This document shows, piece by piece, positions 23,633-33,727 of a stretch of 39,188 nucleotides of DNA. Position numbers and translations under genes: made by a program. Source of the stretch: Nemertoderma westbladi (Eukaryota > Animalia > Xenacoelomorpha); assembly GCA_032718475.1 (NCBI GenBank), contig JAUCBJ010001269.1, positions 1-39,188 of the forward strand. Direction: 5' to 3'. The first letter of the stretch is position 1, and every line of letters starts with the position of its first letter. Below the pieces are notes generated by a model, which was not told where the DNA came from, did no database searches, and saw only the letters and a list, made by a program, of their open reading frames with translations.

Positions 23633-23759
23633 TTTTCAGTATCAGGAGTTTCGCAGGGCGGCTATGGCGGCTGTTGGCATTCGGAGCCGTAAAGTGGAAC
23701 AGTCGACGGAGTTGGGGCCTCGTAACAGCACGAATCCTGGCGTCTCCGGAGAAATATAG
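23633..23759 (+). CDS. Class A GPCR last exon (helix 8, C-tail)
   Basis: (S)FQYQEFRRAAMAAVG...SGEI*. AATAAA follows at 23821-23826. Confidence 0.85.
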
Positions 23760-23883
23760 AAGTATTCCGCTGCTGTACAACTAAACTGGTAACCATTGTT
23801 GGCGAATTTCATAAGAAATTAATAAAATAAGATGTGCGAGTATTTTTTGCACATACGCCTACACCGTAGTTAGTAGGTGTATG

Positions 23884-24288
23884 CAGATGCGTAGCGAGGG
23901 GGGGGGGATGTTCCGTTCCCCCGGGCGCACTCACCTGGGGGCGCTGAAATGCCAGGCAAATATCGAGTATTCTTGTAAAAATAAGACAAATCAGTGAAAA
24001 AGTCAGGGATTGTGATACAGTCAGTATACAGGACATGTGTCATAAGCGAAAAATGTAAAATTTTTCTCGGCCTGCTTCGCTTGCCATTCGATATATTATA
24101 ACTGCACTACAGTATATCAAACTTGTATCAGGATTGTTCAGGATTTGATATAGTATATAATGTTATATATATATAATAGTAAAAAAAAACCGTCATAAAT
24201 GAAAAGTTAAAATTATTGAAGGTGGGGGGGGGGGGGGGGCATCTCAGCTTCATTCCCCTGGGCGCCAGAAGGGCTCGCTACGCCTCTG
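23884..24288. mobile_element. hAT-type MITE
   Basis: TIR CAGATGCGTAGCGAG / CTCGCTACGCCTCTG (14/15 match). 8-bp TSD GGTGTATG / GTTGTATG. Confidence 0.8.
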
Positions 24289-25761
24289 GTTGTATGTTGT
24301 TGAAAAACAATTAATAGCAGATCATGTACGTACAATATGAATGTGAAAATATATGTCTTGTTATTATATGTTATGTTGTGGAAAAGTACACCCATGTTTG
24401 GATTGTAAATAATCTGGTGTAACTGGAATCTATTTATTAGATACATATATCACGCTGACCCTGTAGTGCATACGGCCAAGGTTAATTAATAAATAAAGTT
24501 GTCTAAGGCGGGAAAATGATTTATTTTCGATGGAATAAGTAATTTTTTTCTAAAATTGTCTTTCCTCCCAGAATATCGGTTCAATAGACCTTAGCTCACT
24601 CCCTCCCCAACTAGTCTTAATGATTTCGGCGTCTCTCCCTCATCGGTATGGTTCGAAACGTTTTACTGAGACGGGCCTAGCGGCCCGTGAAGCAAGTCGT
24701 AGGAGACAGTACGAGTCAAGTAAAAGCTTTTTGTTCTGTCTAATAATAAATTAGTGTGAGGGTAGTCCTGGTGGTGTACGAGAAATTTTCTAGACAACTT
24801 CAAACTATAATTATTATGTTGTAATCATCTAATGAATACAGCAGTTGTCATGAATTCAATACAAATTCGTTCTTATTTTTGTAATAAATAAAAAAGTTGA
24901 GATGTTTCAATGTAAACCGCGATTAACAATTTACACTGTTCAATGTAAACCACGATATTCATTAAACACAACAATTATATTATTATTATAACAGATTTTT
25001 ATATTTCAAACTATAAATGTTAGCCTTATGAAGAATCATTATGAGGCTGAGTAAACATTCAGCCTTATAAGCAAGCATACAGCCTCCACAGTATTAATGT
25101 TGCCATAAAGATTTTAAAATAAAACAATAATTCGATGAGAGCTAGAGAGCACAGTAGGCAATCACAGGAGCACAGCATCAATAGTGTAGTGTAGCCAACA
25201 CACTGTGTAACTAACCGTCATTTAGCTTGCACGCCAATTAATTAACATTGGGAAGAGTTATTCAGCTGAGACTGTAATAGCCAGCTAAACCAGTTAATGT
25301 TTGCTTACTGTCTGGGTTGTAGAGTATAGTGATAATACTTGGCACAGAAAGTACTTCTTTGTTAATTGGCCCTTCCTATTGAATGCATTACCAGGCCATC
25401 TCTATACATTTTTCATGAGTGCCAGCTGGTGTTTTTATCATTGAGCCTATGTCAATTTTCGTGTTTTTGGCTATTTTTCGAAATAAAACAAGTTGAGATG
25501 TTTGACGAAATAAAGCAAGTTGACTTGCTAATTACCTAGGTTGTTACCAATGTCCTCCACATTATATAATCTGAATTTCGGTTAACTGCAATTATTAGTG
25601 ACAAATAATTATTTATTACAGGATTTTTCATCAAATTGCCATTATTTTATATTTAGTAACTTTCTTTAGTTTAATTAAACTGTCCAAAACATATTCATAG
25701 TAATCCAAATTAATAATTGTATCAATAAACCAAACATTTATACGACCTAATGTAATTATTA

Positions 25762-26605
25762 CACCATAACCCTTAATACAACAACCATTTGTAGGGGGTC
25801 GGAGCCCCCCCCCCCCTAAACTTTTTCAAATTTCAATAAAATGCTACAAAATTTGGAATGATGATGGATCGACACCTTTTCTTACTGGTGGCCTGACCGG
25901 ATTTTTCAATTTCTCAGTTATTTCCATCCAACAATCCCTTAAAATATGTCTATTTAGCAATGTTTAACCACTTTATTTAGACTTATATAGACTTTATTTT
26001 GTCTTTTAAATGTAATCTAGATATTCCGAATCTGAAAACCGTTTTAAATTTCACCAATATTTTCTGAGATATTATCAACATTTTATGACGTAAATCTACA
26101 TTATTCTAATGTATTTTTTACTCTATTCTAGAATATTAATTATTTACGCACAGCTTTTAGAACGGAGTTTTAAACGCTTAGCTAAATATTAATTAATATT
26201 CTAGAATAGAGTAAAAAATACATTAGAATAATGTAGATTTACGTCATAAAATGTATGCCGTTGAATGTTGATAATATCTCAGGAAAATATTGGTGAAATT
26301 TAAAACGGTTTTCAGATTCGGAATCTACAGACGAAGGCGGTTTTAATGATATTTAGATTACATTTAAAATACGTAAAATAAAGTCTACGGAGGTGGTTAA
26401 ACATTGCTAAATAGACATTTTTTAAGGGCTTGTTGTATGAAATAACTGTGAAATTGAAAAATCGGGCCACCAGGCCACCAGTAAGAAAATGTGTCGATCT
26501 ATCATCATACCGAATTTCGTAGTATCTTATTGAAATTTGAAAAAAATTAGGGGGGGGGGGGGCTCCGACCCCCTAAAAATGGTTGTTGTATTAAGGGTTA
26601 TGGTG
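25762..26605. mobile_element. Foldback MITE with TA TSD (Tc1/mariner-type)
   Basis: TA|CACCATAACCCTTAATACAAC...GTTGTATTAAGGGTTATGGTG|TA. Arms of ~380-410 bp around a ~50-bp spacer near 26142-26189. Confidence 0.85.
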
Positions 26606-26971
26606 TAATCTAATTAACTTACTAAAAACAATTATATATCTAAGTTGCTTAATATTTAATTACATAAAAATAATAAAATAATTATTTATTTCATGACCGT
26701 ATAATTAGGTATTTGTTGTGCATATATCTACATATATAAATTGCTTATAATATAAACCAACTTCGTTACAATTGGCCTTGCATGACCAAATTAGTAAAGA
26801 AATCTGTACTTTTATTAACTAAAATAGTGGTAATAGTGAAAACAAGTAAAAATAGTGACTATAAAAAAAAACAATCATTACCTTAACTCAGAGTAATATT
26901 TTTACAATTTTAAGAAAGAGAAAAAATAACAACTTAGTAATTAGTATCTAATTATATAACATCTTATTATT

Positions 26972-29281
26972 ACGACTTAGTATATCGTTATATATAACGA
27001 CATAGTATATCGTTATATATAACTACATAGTATATCGTTATAACGACTTTCAGTATATCGATATAACGACTCAGTATATCGTTATAAAGACTTAGTATAA
27101 CGTTATAACGACCTAGTATAACGTTATAACGACTTAGTATGTCGTTATAACGACTTAGTATATCGTTATAAAGACTTAGTATAACGTTATAACGACTTAG
27201 TATAACGTTATAACGACTTAGTATAACGTTATAACGACTTAGTATATCGTTATAACGACTTAGTATATCGTTATAACGACATAGTATATCGATATAACGA
27301 CTTAGTATGTCGTTATAACGACTTAGTATATCGTTATAAAGACTTCGTATAACGTTATAACGACTTAGTATAACGTTATAACGACTTAGTATAACTATAT
27401 AACGACTTAGTATATCGTTATAAATACATAGTATATCGTTATAACGAGTTAGCATATCGTTATAACGACTTAGTATAACGTTATAACGACTTAGTATAAC
27501 TTTATAACGACTTAGTATAACTATATAACGACTTAGTATATCGTTATAACTACATAGTATATCGTTATAACGAGTTAGCATATCGTTATAACGACTTAGT
27601 ATAACGTTATAACTACATAGTATATCGTTATAACGACTTAGTATAACGTTATAACGACTTAGTATAACGTTATAACGACTTAGTATAACTATGTAACGAC
27701 TTAGTATATCGTTATAACTACATAGTATATCGTTATAACGAGTTAGCATATCGTTATAACGACTTAGTATAACGTTATAACTACATAGTATATCGTTATA
27801 ACGACTTAGTATAACGTTATAACTACATAGTATATCGTTATAACGAGTTAGCATATCGTTATAACGACTTAGTATAACGTTATAACTACATAGTATATCG
27901 TTATAACGACTTAGTATAACGTTATAACGACTTAGTATAACGTTATAACTACATAGTATATCGTTATAACGAGTTAGCATATCGTTATAACGACTTAGTA
28001 TAACGTTATAACTACATAGTATATCGTTATAACGAGTTAGCATATCGTTATAACGACTTAGTATAACGTTATAACTACATAGTATATCGTTATAACGACT
28101 TAGTATAACGTTATAACGACTTAGTATAACGTTATAACGACTTAGTATAACTATATAACGACTTAGTATATCGTTATAACTACATAGTATATCGTTATAA
28201 CGAGTTAGCATATCGTTATAACGACTTAGTATAACGTTATAACTACATAGTATATCGTTATAACGACTTAGTATAACGTTATAACGACTTAGTATAACGT
28301 TATAACGACTTAGTATGTCGTTATAACTACATAGTATATCGTTATAACGACTTAGTATAACGTTATAACTACATAGTATATCGTTATAACGACTTAGTAT
28401 AACGTTATAACGACTTAGTATAACGTTATAACGACTTAGTATAACGTTATAACTACATAGTATATCGTTATAACGACTTAGTATAACGTTATAACGACTT
28501 AGTATAACGTTATAACGACTTAGTATAACTATATAACGACTTAGTATATCGTTATAACTACATAGTATATCGTTATAACGAGTTAGCATATCGTTATAAC
28601 GACTTAGTATAACGTTATAACTACATAGTATATCGTTATAACGACTTAGTATAACGTTATAACTACATAGTATATCGTTATAACGACTTAGTATAACGTT
28701 ATAACGACTTAGTATAACGTTATAACGACTTAGTATAACTATATAACGACTTAGTATATCGTTATAACTACATAGTATATCGTTATAACGAGTTAGCATA
28801 TCGTTATAACGACTTAGTATAACGTTATAACGACTTAGTATATCGTTATAACGACTTAGTATATCGTTATAACTACATAGTATATCGTTATAAAGACTTC
28901 GTATAACGTTATAACGACTTAGTATAACTATATAACGACTTAGTATATCGTTATAACTACATAGTATATCGTTATAACGACTTAGTATAACGTTATAACT
29001 ACATAGTATATCGTTATAAAGACTTCGTATAACGTTATAACGACTTAGTATAACGTTATAACTACATAGTATATCGTTATAAAGACTTCGTATATCGTTA
29101 TAACGACTTAGTATAACGTTATAACGACTTAGTATATCGTTATAACGACTTAGTATATCGTTATAACTACATAGTATATCGTTATAACGAGTTAGCATAT
29201 CGTTATAACGACTTAGTATAACGTTATAACGACTTAGTATATCGTTATAACGACTTAGTATATCGTTATAACTACATAGTA
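26972..29281. repeat. 21-bp tandem satellite (~110 units), consensus CGTTATAACGACTTAGTATA[T/A]
   Basis: Directly visible. A small set of unit variants recurs. Confidence 0.97.
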
Positions 29282-29288
29282 TCTAATA

Positions 29289-29309
29289 TCTAATATATAT
29301 AAATCTCGA

Positions 29310-29346
<37 letters not shown>

Positions 29347-31387
29347 ATCGGCTATACAATCGAACCCATCTCGATGAAATCTCGCTTGCTATAGCTCGTT
29401 AGAAAGGTCTCGCCCTAACTCGTTGCAACGTAATACTCAGAGTCGTCTGAAGTTCCCCCGTCTGCCGCTAGAGGGCGAATTGTCGCGATTTTAGTGCGAA
29501 ACCTGATCGTTATTGCGGTTCTTCTTCGGTAATGCTTTTGAGGGCTGAAACTTGGTAGCTATATACTGCCGCATAGGCTGGTATTAATTTCCGGAGTCGA
29601 CTCGCCGTTGTCTCCAGTTCTCCCAGTCTTTACCGTTATTCGAGTGGCTAATATGTCTGTATGAGTTATTCATCTGTCTCCAACTTGTGTTATTGTACAT
29701 ATCCGTTTAGCACGTCGAAACTTGGCCTATTGGCATCTGACTACAGCATAGGACTGTTTTCTTTACTCAGTAGCAGACGTTCGTCTACATTATTGCCCTC
29801 GCGTCTACCGCTGGCTGGGCGACATGTCTGAAGGAGTTAAGCAGTCTGGTCTCCAACTTGTGTGTATTGGGTATGATCCATTTAGACTGAACTTGGTCAG
29901 GTCATCTACTACAGCATAGGCTCATATCTTTGGCTGCAGTCGCGCAGAGGTTGTCTACAGTTCCCGCGTCTGCCGCTGAGGGCGAATATGTATGAAAGTT
30001 AACTATCTTCTGTAGGCCTATACTTACTGTTATTTACATTCCTTTTAGACTGAATACTTGGTAGGCATCTATCTCGATGAGCATCGCGCTATATCTTTGC
30101 GGCGTTAGTAGAGTCTCGTCCTACTCGTTGCCACAGTCAGCCGCAAGAGGGCGACTTGTCTGATAGTGACCCCCTCATGCCGCTATTTGGTTCTTTTTAA
30201 TCCTTTTGAGCTGAAACTTGGCAGGTATCTACTACATCCTAGGCTCTATCTTTACGGAGTTGCAGAGTCCTATACACTTCCCCAGTCTACCGCTAGAGGG
30301 TGAAATGTCTGAAAGTTACCATCTTCTCCAACTTTGTTATTTATAATCCATTTAGACTGAACTTGGTAGGCATCTACTACAGCATAGTCTATATCTTTAC
30401 TGAGTCGCGCAGAGTTGTCTACAGTACCCGCATCTGCCGGTAGAGGGCGAAATGTATGAAAGTTAACATCTTCTCCAACTTTGTTATTTACAATCCTTTT
30501 AGACTGAAACTTGGTAGGCATCTACTATAGCATAGGCTATATCTTTGCGGAGTAGTAGAGTCGTCTACAGTTCCACAGTCAGCCGCAAGAGGGCGAATTG
30601 TCTGATAGTGAAAACCTCATCCCATTTGGTTCTTTTTAATCCTTTTGAGCTGAAACTTCGCAGGTATCTACTACATCATAGGCTGTATCTTTACGGAGTT
30701 GCAGAGTCCTATACACTTCCCCAGTCTACCGCTAGAGGGTGAAATGTCTGAAAGTTAACATCTTCTCCAACTTTGTTATTTACAAACGGTTTAGACTGAA
30801 ACTTGGTAGGCATCTACTACAGCATAGGCTCTACCTTTACGGAGTCGCAGAGTTGTATACAGTTCCCCTATCTGCCGCTAGAGGGCGAATTGTCTGATAG
30901 TGAACACCTCATCCCAATTGGTTCTTTTTAATCCCTTTGAGCTGGAACTTGGCAGGAATCTACTACAGCATATTCTGTATCTTTACGGAGTCCCAGAGTC
31001 GTCTACAGTTCTTCAGTCTACCGCTAGAGGGGAAATGTCTGAATGTGAACATCTACACCAATTTTGTTATTTACAATCTGTTTAAGCTGAAACTTGAAAG
31101 GCAGGCATTTTACTTCACCATAAACCCCATCTTTACCAAACTGCAGCGCCGTCTGCATTTCACCAGTCCGCAGGTAGAGGGTGGATCTGAAAGTGATCAT
31201 TTTCTGGAAATTTTGTTATTTACAATCTGCCTAAAGTTGAAACTTGACAGTTATCTCTTAGGGGGATGGTGTTTTATTTAATGATGGTGTCTGTTCCGTA
31301 TGCAGTTCTCCAATCTCCCACACATATTCATATATCATCTGCACGTGCACTAGAAAGCTGTGGCCCGAAGGGCCACAGGCTTTCTAG
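29289..31387 (+). mobile_element. Non-autonomous Helitron with internal 146-bp tandem repeats
   Basis: A|TC 5' end, (TGTC)n near the 5' end, GC-rich hairpin TGTGGCCC-GAA-GGGCCACA, CTAG|T 3' end, no TSD. Confidence 0.85.
29440..31250 (+). repeat. ~146-bp tandem repeat array (~12 units) with two subtypes
   Basis: CTGAAACTT-type anchor at 30211, 30357, 30504, 30650, 30796, 30942, 31087. Confidence 0.9.
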
Positions 31388-32250
31388 TATATAAATATCG
31401 ATTGTCTGTCTGTCTGTCTGTGTGTTTGTCATCGGCTATACAATCGAACCCATCTCGATGAAATCTCGCTTGCTATAGCTCGTTAGAAAGGTCTCGCCCT
31501 AACTCGTTGCAACGTAATACTCAGAGCCGTCTGAAGTTCGCCCGTCTGCTGCTAGAGGGCGATTTTCTTGATTTTCGGGCAAAATTTATCGAATTATTTC
31601 TGTTCTTCTATCGGTAATTAATGATTTAGAAGGCTAACATTTATCCCACCTGGTATAAAATTAACATGGGTAGATTCGCCGTGTCCCATTCTCACAAAGT
31701 TTTTATTTTATTCGAGTGTTTAATATAAATATGTATGATTATTTATTGATTAAAAATCAAATATTGTATAAATATGTCATATTCGCCAAGCACAATCGAA
31801 TTGGCCTATTGCTATTGAATAGGGAAGGATTGTTTTCTGTATCATAGCAACGTTAGGTAATTATTGAACTCGCAGCTAGCTGGCTGGGCACAGATAAGGA
31901 GCAAGCAGGCTGGAGTGTTGATTGGGGTGGGTTTGGGTTGTCTATTGCGAATTGCTCAAGAGTAATTAATTCTGCTTTCTCAATCATTGGCTGCATGGAA
32001 GGAGAGGTTTATAACATTTTTGTTTTACTGTTATGAATATTAAAAGTAAAATAATTATTTCTGTAGGCCTATACTTACTGTATTATTATTTTATCTAATA
32101 TTATACATCTAATCTCGATGAAATCTCGCTTACTATAGCTCGTTAGATAGGTCTCGCCCTAACTCGTTGCAACGTAATACTCAGAGCCGTCTGAAGTTCC
32201 ACCGTCTGCCGCTAGAGGGCGAATTATCCGATAGTGAAAACCTGATCTTA
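31388..32250 (+). mobile_element. 5' part of a second Helitron of the same family (its first 7 bp are at 29282-29288), 3'-truncated
   Basis: 31388-31562 is nearly identical to 29296-29478. A ~110-bp block recurs at 32112-32222. Confidence 0.75.
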
Positions 32251-32439
32251 TACCTGATACCTGATAAATATATATAATAATAAATAGCGCTACAGTGCCA
32301 CCTACTATCATAGGCCTACTGTACTGCAAACTGTCAGACTGTTGAACTACCACACCGTACTGCCGTACCAACTGCTGTACTGTTACCGGTCCGGTACCGG
32401 TATCTGTTAATCTGTCATTGTTGTATTGGCGATGATCAA

Positions 32440-33684
32440 ATGACGCAACGGAGAAGTCAATCGGGAAATGCCAATCCTTACGATGTTCTGCGGGATGAAG
32501 CAGATTCAGTGGGATCGGGAGCAACTGCTGGAAATGGCGGCGAGGATGAGAAGCATATTGTCATTAATTCATGTTTAACCGTTATACTCCAGGGAATGTC
32601 GAGTAGAATCTTAGAGGAGACAGCCAGGTGCTGCCTAAAAAGATATACACCAGAGGAAATATTGTCTGCAAAACGCCTTTTGTTTGACAAATGTAATATT
32701 GAAGTTATTAACAGAAAAGACACACAGGAAAGATCAGCAGCGCAAGCAAATGTTAAAGATTTATGGGAGAAAATGTGTGAATTAGATACGCATGGCAAAC
32801 TACCGATAATTGCTGTTGGAGCACTCGAAGCTTTATCTCTCCCAAATCTCGTAGAGGAAACATCAATGGATGTCGAATCAGTAGATGTTATATCGCGTTT
32901 AACACTTATGGACAATAAAATTGATGATGTCAAGGAAATATTTAGCGAAACGATTAAGAAATTGGAACAATCAATTACGAAGAAAATTTCTGAAATGTCA
33001 CCTATCGAAAGGTTCACCCGAGCTTCTAACGTAACCCAGCCAAAGCAGCTAGCTGCACAGATAAACCAAAGTCCAATAATAACCCAACAAACAGCCCCTT
33101 CGAAATCATACAGAGATACTGCTGTATTCGGTATGGGGTCTAATAGTTTAGTGCCTCCAACACTAGCACGGCAACCGTTTAATCGCCCTCCATATACAAG
33201 GAGGGACATTGTCTCCAATTGGGAAACACCTCCCCATTCAAACCAACGTTCTAACCCCGGAAGCTTAAAGAGAAAACGCCTGTCACCGAGTGTGGTGGTG
33301 GATGAAGATGGGTTTCAGACAGTTAGGGGTCCAGTTCGACGTCAGCGCCCAGCCTATATCCAAGGAACAGGGAAACGCGATGGCGATGTACCGGTAAAAG
33401 CAGCAGATGATGAAGTATTTGTTTTTCGTTTACATCACCAATCAACCAAAGATGGTATTAAATCTTTTCTTGCTTCTTGCGGCGTAACTGTCGATCTTAC
33501 GGATATCGTTAAACAGTCACATGAAGAATCTAGAACGGCAAGTTACAAGATAACTCTTCCACCAGGGGGACTGGACATCGCTCTCGATCCTCAGACATGG
33601 CCACCGGGCGTGTGCGTACGGAAATGGATATATTACCCAAAGAGATTCGAAGTAAATAAAGACAGGGGAGTAATGTTAAAGTAA
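32440..33684 (+). CDS. LINE ORF1 protein
   Basis: 414 aa. YTPEEILSAKRLLFD, coiled coil, DEDGFQTV, C-terminal VFVFRL...SYKITL...LDPQTWPPGVCVRKW. Confidence 0.85.
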   Translation: MTQRRSQSGNANPYDVLRDEADSVGSGATAGNGGEDEKHIVINSCLTVILQGMSSRILEETARCCLKRYTPEEILSAKRLLFDKCNIEVINRKDTQERSAAQANVKDLWEKMCELDTHGKLPIIAVGALEALSLPNLVEETSMDVESVDVISRLTLMDNKIDDVKEIFSETIKKLEQSITKKISEMSPIERFTRASNVTQPKQLAAQINQSPIITQQTAPSKSYRDTAVFGMGSNSLVPPTLARQPFNRPPYTRRDIVSNWETPPHSNQRSNPGSLKRKRLSPSVVVDEDGFQTVRGPVRRQRPAYIQGTGKRDGDVPVKAADDEVFVFRLHHQSTKDGIKSFLASCGVTVDLTDIVKQSHEESRTASYKITLPPGGLDIALDPQTWPPGVCVRKWIYYPKRFEVNKDRGVMLK

Positions 33685-33727
33685 GGAGGTCTTTAGTTTA
33701 TTAGTTTTTAGATGATCCCAATGTGCA

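Noticed and set aside
26988-29198. 736-aa minus-strand ORF (YNDILSR repeats)
   Set aside because: A by-product of a 21-bp unit lacking stops in one frame. It has no unique domain and its ends coincide with the satellite.
26972-31250. CRISPR-like array
   Set aside because: The repeats are contiguous without unique spacers, there are no cas genes, and the context is eukaryotic with spliceosomal introns.
32478-33218. Antisense ORFs inside LINE ORFs (also 3550-3969, 12154-12675, 36481-36834)
   Set aside because: Expected antisense frames of coding DNA with no independent motifs.
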